This document shows positions 1 through 10,171 of a stretch of DNA of 64,000 nucleotides, one piece after another. Each line of letters begins with the position of its first letter. The first letter of the stretch is position 1. The notes under the pieces were generated by a model. That model was not told the origin of the DNA. It saw only the letters and a program-made list of their open reading frames with translations, and searched no databases. A program made the position numbers and the translations under genes. The DNA comes from a virus: positions 1 through 64,000 of the IMG/VR virus record IMGVR_UViG_3300005617_000028; one strand, written 5' to 3'.

Positions 1-914
1 CCGACCCGGGCCAGCTGGGCATCACCCCGGAAGCCCGCCGCAGCGCCCGCACCACTGTGGCGTGGACCATGTGGGAGTACACGAGCCTGGACCAACTGAA
101 GGGCCGCAGCACCCTACGGGGTCGACTGCGTGACTACAACGTCGTGTTGGGCTACGACACCGTCACCGCTGCCGCACTGGCCCCGTACGCCACCCAGCCG
201 ATGGGCAACCTCGGCGTCCTGCAGGGCGGCTTCTGGCCCCAACAGTGGCCGCCGATGACCCGGGACTGGGGCACTGAGCGGTTCGGGTTCTGCATGGTCG
301 GGCAGCTGCACGAACGCAAAGACCCGTTCGTGGCCATCCAGGCATTCAAAGAACTCAAAGACGAATACCCGGAGTTCGCCGGCGCCGAGCTGCATTTGAA
401 GACCAATATCGGGGGCCTGCACAGCGCCATGGAGGAGTGGATCCCCAAACTCCGGATCCACTACACCGTCTGGCCCGACAGCGTGCTCCGCGAATTCTAC
501 GGCGCCCAGCATGTGCTGCTGGCCCCCAGCCGAGGCGAGGGCAAGAACATGCCGGCGCTGGAATTCCTGTCCACCGGCGGTACCGTCATCGCCACCGACT
601 GGGGCGGCCACACCGGTTGGCTCCACCCCGGGATCGCATACCCGCTGAAATATGTGCTGCGGCCCATCAGCCCGCAGACCCCCGCCTGCCAGAACGCCCG
701 GGCCGACAAGGACCACCTGAAGGCCCTCATGTTGCACGTGTACCGCGACCGCGGTGAAGCCGCCCGCAAGGGTGAGCTGGCGTCCCGGCTGATCCCACAA
801 ATGTGCGCCTGGCCCACCGTCATGGACCGGCTCTTCGACAAGCTCGCCGAATGCGTGCCCGGCTTCATCCGCCCCGTCGCGGTGGCCGCTGAGCGGGGCA
901 CCGTCGGTGTCTGA
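1..914 (+). CDS. GT-B (GT4-like) glycosyltransferase, probably 5'-truncated by window
   Basis: GQLHERKDP, LLAPSRGEGKNMPALEFLSTGGTVIATDWGGH match the GT4 EGFGxPxxEA-type motif. Confidence 0.8.
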   Translation, partial: DPGQLGITPEARRSARTTVAWTMWEYTSLDQLKGRSTLRGRLRDYNVVLGYDTVTAAALAPYATQPMGNLGVLQGGFWPQQWPPMTRDWGTERFGFCMVGQLHERKDPFVAIQAFKELKDEYPEFAGAELHLKTNIGGLHSAMEEWIPKLRIHYTVWPDSVLREFYGAQHVLLAPSRGEGKNMPALEFLSTGGTVIATDWGGHTGWLHPGIAYPLKYVLRPISPQTPACQNARADKDHLKALMLHVYRDRGEAARKGELASRLIPQMCAWPTVMDRLFDKLAECVPGFIRPVAVAAERGTVGV

Positions 915-1236
915 GGCGCCTGTGGGAGTGCCGGAGGCGCCGGAGCTGGTGGAGGTGCGCTGCCCGGTGGGGCCGCGCCGGTTGTTCACCAAGCTGCGCC
1001 TGCAGGCCGGGGCGGTGCGCTACGTCCAGCCGGAAAACTGGATCGAGATGAGCTGTGCCGACTGCCGTGGCCAGCTGCGCCGCCAGGCTCACGTCGTCAC
1101 CCACGTGCTGCACCGCTACGACTTCACCGGCGCCCTGGTCGAAACCGTGCTGGTCTACGCCGACGACCGCCAAGACGTGCTGCCCGCCTCCGGCGGTGCC
1201 GGGACGGCGGAAGGGCCGAGGGTCCCCGCCGGCTAG
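907..1236 (+). CDS. hypothetical protein (CxxC-containing)
   Basis: ORF overlapping the GT stop, ahead of the tail gene. Confidence 0.55.
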   Translation: MSEAPVGVPEAPELVEVRCPVGPRRLFTKLRLQAGAVRYVQPENWIEMSCADCRGQLRRQAHVVTHVLHRYDFTGALVETVLVYADDRQDVLPASGGAGTAEGPRVPAG

Positions 1237-1285
1237 AGCCGATTAGTCACATGACCCGTCCGCACGCTGTAAAGGGTGTGTCGTT

Positions 1286-1846
1286 GTGACCAGCAAGATC
1301 GTAGAAGGCTTTTCACTCTCACACGCAGCGATCCTGGACGGCACGACCGGCGCCGAAGCAGTTGATGGCGACATCTACGGCGTTCGTACGGGAACTATCG
1401 CTGCCGACACCGGCAACTATGACAACACCGGCGACGACGCCGTGCTCAGCTCGTGGTTCTGGTTCAACTTCGCCACCGTCACGGTCCAGGCCGGCTACGT
1501 ACCGTTCGCCACCATCGCGCTGCTCGCGGGCGCGACGGTCACGTCTTCGGGTACATCCCCGAACGACTACTTCTCCCTGCCGCTGTGGGAGGAAACCTCG
1601 CTCAACCAGCCGCCGCGGCCGATGCTCATCCGGGTTCCCGCCCGGGACAAGGACGGCGCGGTACGCACGCTGGACTTCGTCCTGTACCGGGTTCAGTTCG
1701 GGCCACTGAACTTCGACGGCCCGGCCTACAAGTCGGGGCTGCTGCTCAACTACTCCGGCCGCGCTGTCATGAGCGACAAGGACGAGACCGGTACCGCGAT
1801 TCCCAAGCGCGCCATCGGTCGGCTCCTCAACCGGCCGGCCGTCTAA
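1286..1846 (+). CDS. major tail (tube) protein
   Basis: 186 aa, beta-rich acidic composition; position before chaperones and tape measure. Confidence 0.7.
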   Translation: MTSKIVEGFSLSHAAILDGTTGAEAVDGDIYGVRTGTIAADTGNYDNTGDDAVLSSWFWFNFATVTVQAGYVPFATIALLAGATVTSSGTSPNDYFSLPLWEETSLNQPPRPMLIRVPARDKDGAVRTLDFVLYRVQFGPLNFDGPAYKSGLLLNYSGRAVMSDKDETGTAIPKRAIGRLLNRPAV

Positions 1847-1881
1847 CCCATCCGCACACCAAGGAGCCGTGGAGGCCACAG

Positions 1882-2565
1882 GTGGCAGAACTCGACGCAC
1901 TCGACCCCGTTCCCGAACAGTGCAAACTGACTTCGGGAACGGTTGTCGTATTACAGGATCTCCGCGCCCGGCAGTTCTTCAAGCTGCTGCGCATCGTCAC
2001 CCACGGCGCGATGCCGCTGATCCAGGACGGCTCACTGCTGCGCCTGGACGGCGACATGGACGTCAACGAGTTCGGCGGCCGGCTACTCAGCCTGATGCTG
2101 CTGTCCATCCCTGACGCCGAAGAAGAGACCATCGCCTTCGTGCAGAGCATGTGCGAGCCGTATGGGCTGATCACCGGCCGCAAACTCAACAAGCAGGATT
2201 CTGAACGAAACACCGTTCTGTGGGACACGCTGCAGGCCGAGCTGGAAAACCCCGAACTGGATGACCTGGTCACCATCGTGGAGGCCATCATCCGACGGGA
2301 GGCCGATGACCTTCAGGCGTTGGGAAAACGCCTCATCGCGATGTTCAAGCTCGCGGAGAAGACCGGCCAGGTACCGTCCCAGCTCCAGATCCCGCAGACA
2401 CTGCCCTCCTCGGCGGATTCTCCCGATCGTTCGACCTCCTCAGCCACGAGTACGGATGGACCGACGACGTCCTCCGGGACCTCACCATCCGACGACTCCG
2501 CCAATGCGTCGCCGCCGTCCGGGAGCGACGCTTCTACACCGGCTGGGACCGCGACCAGTGGCTGA
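1882..2565 (+). CDS. tail assembly chaperone (short, gpG-like)
   Basis: GGAGG RBS then GTG at 1882; between tail tube and TMP; low-complexity S/T tail after slippery site. Confidence 0.75.
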   Translation: MAELDALDPVPEQCKLTSGTVVVLQDLRARQFFKLLRIVTHGAMPLIQDGSLLRLDGDMDVNEFGGRLLSLMLLSIPDAEEETIAFVQSMCEPYGLITGRKLNKQDSERNTVLWDTLQAELENPELDDLVTIVEAIIRREADDLQALGKRLIAMFKLAEKTGQVPSQLQIPQTLPSSADSPDRSTSSATSTDGPTTSSGTSPSDDSANASPPSGSDASTPAGTATSG

Positions 2566-2816
2566 TCTGGCAGACACGCACCCTGTGCACCTTCATCGCC
2601 GCCGCCGTCCCGCTGGAGGAAGGCCAGGACAACCCGCTGCTGGAGCAGGCCCAGAAGATCGGCGAGCCAGCCGACGCCGATGATCCGGTAGCCGGTACCG
2701 GCCAGCCCGCCCAGCCCGACCGACCTGACCGGTCCGCCCAGAGCCAACCGCGGGTCGGCTCATACGAGGACTTCCTGTCCAGCTTCGGCGCTCCGGCGCG
2801 GTGGGCCGGCCGGTGA
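1882..2816 (+). CDS. tail assembly chaperone, -1 frameshift product (gpGT-like)
   Basis: In-frame G GGA AAA at 2322-2328; -1 frame open to TGA 2814-2816, encoding FDLLSHEYGWTDDVLRDLTIRRL... Confidence 0.8.
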
Positions 2817-2836
2817 CCGTGGGGAGGTGAGCCGGC

Positions 2837-5800
2837 GTGCAGGCCGACGGTGAACACCGCGTCGTCTACCGGGCGGTCGCTGACTTCGCCGACCTCGATC
2901 GGGCCGTGGCCCGGTCCATGGCCCAAATGGCCGCGTTGCGGGCAGCCAGCGCACAGGTCGGTCCGGCCCAGCGCGGTAGTACCGGCAATCCGGTGGCCGA
3001 TATGGCCAAGCAGCTGCAACAGTCCCGCGACATCACCGCGGCGACCAACCAGCACCGCACCGCTGCCGACGCTGACGCCACCGCCACCCAGAAGCAGGGC
3101 GCGCAGTACCAGCAGCTGGCCGTGTTCAGCCACCAGTACGCCGTCCAGATGTCGGCCGCCGAAGCGAAACGGCGCGAAACGGTTGGCAGCCTGCACGAGG
3201 CGACCACTGCCGAAAATGACCTGACCGCTGCGGTTGAGAAGGGCACCAAGGCCCGCACCCGCAGCGTCGCCGTTGAATCGGAGGCGACGAAGGCCCGCCG
3301 TGACGCCGCTGCCCGGCAGGCCCTGGAGCTGGCGGCGAGCCTGAACGAGGTACGCCGCGCCGGCCAGGTCGAGCGGGACGAGACCAAGAGGACCCAGGCG
3401 CAGAAGGTCGCCGACACGATCCACGCCAATGTTGCCATCCGCGAGAGTGACAAGACGATCACCGCGGATCTGCTCAACGAAATGACCCTGGGCAACGCGC
3501 AGACCCGGGAAAACAGCAAAACGGCGGCACAGAAAAGGATCGACACGGCCAAGGCGGACCGTGAAGAGGACAAGACCCGCACCCAGGTCGATACGAATCG
3601 GCAGAATTTTGCGCAGCGTGCGCTTCTCAATATCCGTGCATTGGCTCAAGGTGACTTCCGTACCCAGGGTGCGAAGAGCACAGCCGGAGCCGCTGAGGCA
3701 CGGCGCGTGTCCGCAGTCATCGGAACGGTCCGGGCCGAGGAGCAGCTGCACACCGCGACCGCCAACACCGAACGAGCGATCTCGTCGGCCGGCGCTGCAG
3801 AGGCGCTGCGCGGTGCGCGGGTGGCCAAGAATGCCCGCGACGCGGAAGGCTTCGCCGCCAAGGAGGCACGAGCCGGCGAACAGCACATCCTGCGGCTGGC
3901 CCGAATGGGGCAGGCGCTGGACAAGAACCGTGGCAACATCAAAGGCTTCTCCGACGAGTTCCTGCTGGCGTTCCGGGGAATCCGTACCGGCTTCCGGGCC
4001 GGCGCCCATGAGGCCAGCAACGCGGCGACAGCGTTCGGGCGGGTACGCGCCCGGGTGAAGGCCATCAAGGCCGAATTCGCCTCCGGTGGCGGCAGCGGCG
4101 GCGTCGGTGGCCGGTTCTTCAACGAGCTGGGCGACATGGCCAACCGGGTCGCCACCCGGTTCTCCGGCGCCTTCCGGGCGATCCTCAGCGGCCGCGGTGT
4201 GATCATCCTGGCGGTCGCGGCGGCCGGGCCGCTGATCGCCGCGCTCGGGTCGCTGGCCGCCGGCGCGATCGGCCTCGCTGACACCCTGGTCAGCCTGTCC
4301 GGGGTGGTGTTCGCCCTACCCGCCCTGTTCGGTGCGGCCGCCACCTCCATCATCGCGATGATCATCGCGATCAAGCCGCTCAAAGACGCGCTGACCGCCT
4401 ACGGCGCCACCCAGAAGGCGGCCCGCCACACCAGTCAGCAGTTCATCGACAGCCAGCGCGAGGAGCGCCGCGCCCAGCTGGCCCTCAACGAGGCCAGAAA
4501 ACAGGCCACCCGCGACCTGGAAGACCTGCGCCGCCAGTTGGAACGCACCGGCCTCAACGAGGATGAGGCCCTGCTGCGGGTCAAGCAGGCCAAGGCGGAC
4601 TACGAGCGGGTGTGGGCGGACCCGAACGCCACGGCGCTGGACCGTGAGGAGGTCGTCAACCGCGTCCGGGAGGCCGAATTCGACTACGGCGACACCCTGA
4701 CCAAGAACAAGCGGGTTGTGGAGGACTACAACACCGCCGTCAAGCAGGGTGTGAATGGCAACCCGGCTGTCGTCGACGCCAACGAGCGCGTCACCAAGTC
4801 GCAGAAGGAGATGGCCGCCGGCGGCAGTGAGGCCTACACCGCCCAGCAGAAACTTCAGGCGGAGCTGGCCAAGCTGGGGCCCAACACGCGCCTGGTCGCC
4901 CTGGCGTTGATGGGGCAGGCCGACGGTTGGACCGCGGTGAAGAAGGCGATCGGTGACCGGTTCTTCGGCCCGCTGGTGGGCCAGCTGGGCCATCTGCCCG
5001 GCCTGCTGATCCTCATCAAGACACTGCTCGGTGAGGCGGCCGGGGCGGTCGGTGATGTGCTGGCCAAGGGCATCGCCATGATCAGCCGGCCGGAGTGGAA
5101 GGCGGACCTGACCGCCTTCGCCGAAGATAACGGCTACATCATCCGCACCCTCGGCGACGCGGTGCTGTACATCGTCGACGCGATCCGCAACACCACCATG
5201 GCCGCCGCCCCGTTCACCAAGTGGCTCGTCAACGCCCTGACGTCGGTGGCCAAGGCCTTCGACGACTGGTCCGCCTCCGCCCGTGGCTCCGGCTCCATCG
5301 CCAAATTCCTCGACGGCACCAAGCACAGCCTGCACGACCTGTGGGAGATCCTGAAAAACCTGTTCGGCCTGTTCGGCTCCCTGTTCGGCGCCTCCCAGGA
5401 CTTCGCCACCAGCATGCTCGACGGGATCGTCACCGTCACCGACAAGTGGGCGCACTGGGGCAAGACGCAGGAACGTCAGGGCAGCTCATTCAAGAACTGG
5501 CTGGCCAACACCAAACCCCTGCTGCGCGACCTGGCCGGCTTCGCCGGCGCGCTGGCTACCGCCATCGGTGCCATCGCCGCCGACCCGAAAAACATCGAAG
5601 AGGCAAAGAAGATCTTCGAGGCGTTGGCCACCAAGGTGCTGCCCGCCCTGGTCGGCATCTTCCATGACCTTTCCGACAGCCACGCCATCAGCGACATCGT
5701 CACCGCCCTGGGCAACCTGCTCGAAGCGGTGAAAAACTTCCTCGACAACGGTGGGGCGTTGCCGATCACCATCTTCATCGGCTCGTTCCTGGGGCTGCTC

Positions 5801-8452
5801 ACCCTGCTCGCCAGTGCGCTGAACAACCCGGTGCTGGCCAACGGTTTCACCATCTTCCTGACGTTCCTGGCCGCCCTGGCCGCCGCCTCGGCGATCGGCA
5901 AGTTCCTCGGCCTGTTCAAGCTCTACGACCTGTTCCGGGTGTTCAAGCCGGCCACCAGCGGTGTCGGCCGCGCCGCCGACGCGATCCTGGGCCGGGGCGC
6001 CTCCGCTGGCAGTACCGGTGCGGCCGCGGGCGCTGCCGCGCTCGACGGTGCGGCGGTAGCCCTCGATGGCGCGGCCGCCGTCTGGCGGGGTGTGGCGGCT
6101 GCCTTCGACGCCACCATGACGGCTGTCTCGGTCCGGCTCAACGCCGCCGGGGCCCTGCTGCTGCGCGCCGGTGAGGCCTTGATCGGGGCCGCGGAGATCA
6201 GTGCGGGGAAGGGTGTTATCCCCTCACTGTCCGGCGGGCGTACCAGGCTGACACCGGCCAACACCCGCGGCGCGGTCGACCTGGCCGGCCCAGCCGTCGG
6301 TGGGGCCGCAGAAGAGGGCGCCGCGGTAGCGCTGCGCGGGTCGGCGCTGGCCCTCGACGGCGCCGCTGAGCAGCTGATCATCGCCGCCGGCGTGCTCCGG
6401 GAAGCCGGCCTGCTTGGCGGGATCCCGCTGGGTGGCAAGGCTGGCAAGGCGGGTAAGGGGGCACTTGCCGCCGGCGAGCGGGAAGGGGTCGCCCTCGCCG
6501 AAGGCGCCGGGGCGGCGAAGGCGGGCAGTTGGCTGAGCCGACTGTTCGGGCGCCGGGGTGCGACGGTGGCCGCCGGCGCCGTCGCAGCGGGAGGTGTCGC
6601 TGAGGCGGCCGCACCACGGCTGCTGCCGCGACTGCTGGGCGGTGCCGTTCGTGGGCTCACCGGCCCGGTGTCCCTGGCTGGCCTGGCCGTCGGCCTGCTC
6701 GCCGACTCCGGGCTACTGGGCAAGCCGAAGTCGGCTGGCGCCACAACCGCCCGCGCGGGCGGCGCGATCCTGACCGGGGCCGGCATCGGCGCCGGCATCG
6801 GCTCTGTCGTGCCCGGTGTAGGTACTGCCATCGGTGCCGGCGTCGGTGCGGCCGCCGGCGCGGTGTACTCGTTCGTCAAAGACCCGCAGCTGCGCAAAGA
6901 CACCGGCGACTTTTTCGCTATGCTCGGAGGATTCTTCAAGTACCTGGGCACCAAGGCCTGGGGTTGGTTCGACAATCACGTGATTCACCCGGTGGTCCAC
7001 TTCTTCGTGGGTGTCGGCGGATTCTTCAAGGACATCGGCGTCAAAACGTGGCAGTGGTTCGACACTCACGTCGTACATCCCGTCGTCCATTTCTTTGTGG
7101 CCATCGGCGACTTTTTCAAGAAGGTCGGCGTCAAAGTCTGGCAGTGGTTCGACAACCACGTCATCCACCCGATTGTCAGCTTCTTTGTCAGCATCGGAAC
7201 CGCGGTCTTTGATTTCGCCAGGAACGTCGGAAAGTTCATCTACGACCACTTCGCCCGACCCATCCTCGCCATCTTTATCGGCATTGGAGTTGTGCTGTGG
7301 CACTTGATTGTCGGAGTCGGAAAATGGATCTACGACCACGTAGTCAAGCCGTTTGTGCATTTCCTCGTCCAGATCGCCGTCTGGGTCGCTGTGCACGCAA
7401 AAAAGGTGCCCGGGTGGATCCTTGATCACGTTGTGCGACCGGTGGTTAGTTTCTTCGTCACTGTGGGCCTGTGGATCGGCCGACACGCGAAGAGCATCGG
7501 AGTCTGGATCTATCAGCACGTCATCCGGCCGGTGGTCAGCTTCTTCACGACCATCGGACTGTGGATAGGCCGCCAGGCGAAGAACATCGGTGTCTGGATA
7601 TACCAGCACGTTATTGTGCCTATAGTGAATTTCTTCGTCATGATCGGCCGGTGGATAGGCGGTCAGGCGAAAAAGATCGGCGTCTGGATGTACGACCACA
7701 TCATCGTGCCGATCGTCGACTTTTTCGTTGGCATCGGTAAGTGGATCGGCACCCAGGTCGGGAAGATCGCTGGATGGCTTGGCGATCACATCGTCACCCC
7801 GGTCGTCGACTTCTTTGTAGGAATCGGAAAGGGAATCGCGGATCTGGCTGTTCAGGCGGCCACCTGGTTCAAAGAACACGTCTACCAACCGGTGCTGAAC
7901 TTCTTCTCCGGGCTCGCCGGATTCTTCGTCAACCTGCCGAGCATGATCGAAAAGAAGCTGGAAAACGTACCGATCATTGGCCCGGCGATCAAGAAGGCGT
8001 TCAACGAGCTGCCCGGTGAGGACCATTCGGCACCCGCCGCCACCACGGCGGCGCAAGAACAACACAAAGGCCATGCCTCTGGCGGCCTGATCGCTGGGAC
8101 CGCGGACGGGCGTACCGACACCAAGCACATCCTGGCCACCATCGGCGAGTACGTGATCCGTAAGCGGGTGGTGGACCAGCCCGGCGCCAAGCGGCTGCTC
8201 AACGACCTCAACGAGGGCCGTCTGGATCCGGCCAGCCTCTACGCCGGCTTCGGCGCGGCCGCCCAGGGCGCCAACCAACCGACCAGCCGGCGGATGTCCG
8301 CCACTGTCGGAACCACCACCGTCACCAACACCAGTACCCGCAACGCCGGCATGTCCCTGGGGGACATCACCATCAACAACCCGGTCCGGGAACCGTCGGG
8401 CCGGTCGCTGCGGCGCACGCTGCAGACGCTGACGTATATGACCGAGCACTAG
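2837..8452 (+). CDS. tape measure protein
   Basis: 1871 aa, Ala/Gly-rich, coiled-coil and hydrophobic segments, W/F periodic repeats, C-terminal HASGG...GEYVI motif. Confidence 0.92.
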   Translation: MQADGEHRVVYRAVADFADLDRAVARSMAQMAALRAASAQVGPAQRGSTGNPVADMAKQLQQSRDITAATNQHRTAADADATATQKQGAQYQQLAVFSHQYAVQMSAAEAKRRETVGSLHEATTAENDLTAAVEKGTKARTRSVAVESEATKARRDAAARQALELAASLNEVRRAGQVERDETKRTQAQKVADTIHANVAIRESDKTITADLLNEMTLGNAQTRENSKTAAQKRIDTAKADREEDKTRTQVDTNRQNFAQRALLNIRALAQGDFRTQGAKSTAGAAEARRVSAVIGTVRAEEQLHTATANTERAISSAGAAEALRGARVAKNARDAEGFAAKEARAGEQHILRLARMGQALDKNRGNIKGFSDEFLLAFRGIRTGFRAGAHEASNAATAFGRVRARVKAIKAEFASGGGSGGVGGRFFNELGDMANRVATRFSGAFRAILSGRGVIILAVAAAGPLIAALGSLAAGAIGLADTLVSLSGVVFALPALFGAAATSIIAMIIAIKPLKDALTAYGATQKAARHTSQQFIDSQREERRAQLALNEARKQATRDLEDLRRQLERTGLNEDEALLRVKQAKADYERVWADPNATALDREEVVNRVREAEFDYGDTLTKNKRVVEDYNTAVKQGVNGNPAVVDANERVTKSQKEMAAGGSEAYTAQQKLQAELAKLGPNTRLVALALMGQADGWTAVKKAIGDRFFGPLVGQLGHLPGLLILIKTLLGEAAGAVGDVLAKGIAMISRPEWKADLTAFAEDNGYIIRTLGDAVLYIVDAIRNTTMAAAPFTKWLVNALTSVAKAFDDWSASARGSGSIAKFLDGTKHSLHDLWEILKNLFGLFGSLFGASQDFATSMLDGIVTVTDKWAHWGKTQERQGSSFKNWLANTKPLLRDLAGFAGALATAIGAIAADPKNIEEAKKIFEALATKVLPALVGIFHDLSDSHAISDIVTALGNLLEAVKNFLDNGGALPITIFIGSFLGLLTLLASALNNPVLANGFTIFLTFLAALAAASAIGKFLGLFKLYDLFRVFKPATSGVGRAADAILGRGASAGSTGAAAGAAALDGAAVALDGAAAVWRGVAAAFDATMTAVSVRLNAAGALLLRAGEALIGAAEISAGKGVIPSLSGGRTRLTPANTRGAVDLAGPAVGGAAEEGAAVALRGSALALDGAAEQLIIAAGVLREAGLLGGIPLGGKAGKAGKGALAAGEREGVALAEGAGAAKAGSWLSRLFGRRGATVAAGAVAAGGVAEAAAPRLLPRLLGGAVRGLTGPVSLAGLAVGLLADSGLLGKPKSAGATTARAGGAILTGAGIGAGIGSVVPGVGTAIGAGVGAAAGAVYSFVKDPQLRKDTGDFFAMLGGFFKYLGTKAWGWFDNHVIHPVVHFFVGVGGFFKDIGVKTWQWFDTHVVHPVVHFFVAIGDFFKKVGVKVWQWFDNHVIHPIVSFFVSIGTAVFDFARNVGKFIYDHFARPILAIFIGIGVVLWHLIVGVGKWIYDHVVKPFVHFLVQIAVWVAVHAKKVPGWILDHVVRPVVSFFVTVGLWIGRHAKSIGVWIYQHVIRPVVSFFTTIGLWIGRQAKNIGVWIYQHVIVPIVNFFVMIGRWIGGQAKKIGVWMYDHIIVPIVDFFVGIGKWIGTQVGKIAGWLGDHIVTPVVDFFVGIGKGIADLAVQAATWFKEHVYQPVLNFFSGLAGFFVNLPSMIEKKLENVPIIGPAIKKAFNELPGEDHSAPAATTAAQEQHKGHASGGLIAGTADGRTDTKHILATIGEYVIRKRVVDQPGAKRLLNDLNEGRLDPASLYAGFGAAAQGANQPTSRRMSATVGTTTVTNTSTRNAGMSLGDITINNPVREPSGRSLRRTLQTLTYMTEH
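6959..7948 (+). repeat. about 11 degenerate 90-bp (30-aa) tandem repeats in TMP
   Basis: Units start 6959, 7049, 7139...; consensus xxWxxxHxxxPxxxFFxxIG. Confidence 0.85.
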
Positions 8453-8481
8453 CCGGTAGAGGCCCAAGGAGGAGGTGGGAG

Positions 8482-9327
8482 ATGGCGAATTCCACGGAGG
8501 AGTACTGGTCACTGGACGGCGTGAGCTTGCACCAGTTCGGCTGGAGCGTGGCCACCGTCGGTGGCGGCCGCTACGACCTGCCGCCCCGCCGGGGGGAGAA
8601 CATCGTCCTGGCCTCCCGCCCCGGCGCTGTACACCGGCCCAAGGTCGCTGACGCCCGGGTCGTCACCCTGATCATGTGGGTCATCGGCATGGACCCGGCC
8701 ACCGGCAACAGCACCGGCGACCAGACGTTGCGGTGGAACGACTCCTGGGATTTCCTGCGTCGACTCGTCTGGCGCGCTGACGGCTCCCAGGTCGCCCTCA
8801 CCCGGCGGTGGCGTCTCACCGTCGCGGGCGTACCGACCCTGGTGGCCGCGACCGCGATGGCCGAGATCTCCGACAGCATGTCACCCACCATGACCGGGCG
8901 GACCCGCGCTGACTTCAGCATGAACCTGCTGCTGGCCGACCCGTTCTTCTACGGGGCGCCCGTGGTCACCACCCTGGCGGTGGGCGTACCGGTGACCGTG
9001 GTCAACGTCGGCCATGACACAGCCGCCCAGACCGGACTGTTCATCGACCTGGTGGGCCCGCTGACCAATCCGCGGGTGACCAACTCCACCCCCGCCGTTG
9101 ACGTGTGGGTGCAGTACAACGGCGTGATTCCCGCCGGCGTGACGGTACGCCTGGACATCGGGGCGGCCACCGACATCCGACTCACCGACGGGGTTGCCCT
9201 GATCGGCATGACCCACGGCGGATCGCCCTGGTGGATGGTGTTGGGCAAGGAATCCAACCTGGTGACGTTGACCGCGGCCGCCGGCACTGGTCATGCCGTC
9301 ATGACCCACTCACCCCCGTACGTGTGA
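8482..9327 (+). CDS. distal tail (Dit-like) minor tail protein
   Basis: Follows TMP; LLADPFFYG motif; strong AGGAGG RBS. Confidence 0.75.
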   Translation: MANSTEEYWSLDGVSLHQFGWSVATVGGGRYDLPPRRGENIVLASRPGAVHRPKVADARVVTLIMWVIGMDPATGNSTGDQTLRWNDSWDFLRRLVWRADGSQVALTRRWRLTVAGVPTLVAATAMAEISDSMSPTMTGRTRADFSMNLLLADPFFYGAPVVTTLAVGVPVTVVNVGHDTAAQTGLFIDLVGPLTNPRVTNSTPAVDVWVQYNGVIPAGVTVRLDIGAATDIRLTDGVALIGMTHGGSPWWMVLGKESNLVTLTAAAGTGHAVMTHSPPYV

Positions 9328-9331
9328 GGAC

Positions 9332-9715
9332 GTGACCGCGGTGGCGTCCGACACCCTCCTGCTGCTGGCTCCCGGCGAAGACGTCGCCCTGGCCGCCGGG
9401 TACCTCGACTGGGGCCCCGTCGCCCCGGCCAGCTCCGCCGACCTGACGTTTCGGGTCGCCAACGACTCCGCCCTCTACACCGCCGGCGCGGTACACGTGT
9501 CGGTGGCCGACACGGACACGCTGGCGGTGCCGTCGGTGGCGGCCCAGCACCTGCTGTCCACCGACGGCAACACCTTCACCGCTGTCCTGGCTCTGGGTGA
9601 TCTGCCACCGGGCATGGCCACGGGGCTGCTGTGGCTGCGTCGGGTCACCGCGGCGGCCGCCCAGCCCGGTTCGTTCACCTTCACCGTGGTGGCCACCGCC
9701 ACCACCTGGCAGTAG
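9332..9715 (+). CDS. minor tail protein (putative)
   Basis: Tightly packed in tail operon. Confidence 0.55.
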   Translation: MTAVASDTLLLLAPGEDVALAAGYLDWGPVAPASSADLTFRVANDSALYTAGAVHVSVADTDTLAVPSVAAQHLLSTDGNTFTAVLALGDLPPGMATGLLWLRRVTAAAAQPGSFTFTVVATATTWQ

Positions 9716-9727
9716 GAGAGGCACACC

Positions 9728-10171
9728 ATGACCGCCATCGCGTTGCCGTACAACCAGTTGGGCCTGCACTTCGGCAACGGAGTGATCAACTTTACCGCTG
9801 GCGGATTGTCCGTGCTGCTGACCACCGCCGCGTACACGCCCAACGTGGACACCCACGCCTTCCTGACCGACGTCACCAACGAGGTGGTCGGCACCGGCTA
9901 CACCGCCGGTGGGGCGCCCCTGACCGGCGTGGGTTGGGCGTTCGACCCGGCCACCCACCGCACCGTTCTCACCGCCGACCCCACCGTCTGGCCGGTGGCC
10001 ACGTTCACCGCCCGTTACGCCGTACTGCACATGTCCTACGGCGCCCCTGAGATCTGCCCCCTGATCGGATTCGTCGACTTCGGCGCGGACGAGTCACCGG
10101 TGGGAATGGACTTCACCCTGACCTGGGCGAACCTCGCCGCTGGGGGGATCTTCCGGACGCTGCCCGAGTGA
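9728..10171 (+). CDS. minor tail protein (putative)
   Basis: NEVVGTGYTAGG motif common in phage tail-region proteins. Confidence 0.65.
   Translation: MTAIALPYNQLGLHFGNGVINFTAGGLSVLLTTAAYTPNVDTHAFLTDVTNEVVGTGYTAGGAPLTGVGWAFDPATHRTVLTADPTVWPVATFTARYAVLHMSYGAPEICPLIGFVDFGADESPVGMDFTLTWANLAAGGIFRTLPE

Noticed and set aside
1238-1245. GCCGATTA resembling a sigma-28 -10 box before the major tail gene
   Set aside because: No TAAA-like -35 at the proper spacing; single instance
2534-8512. Long minus-strand ORFs opposite the tape measure (2534-4009, 4316-5455, 6713-8512)
   Set aside because: Antisense shadow ORFs expected from high-GC codon bias
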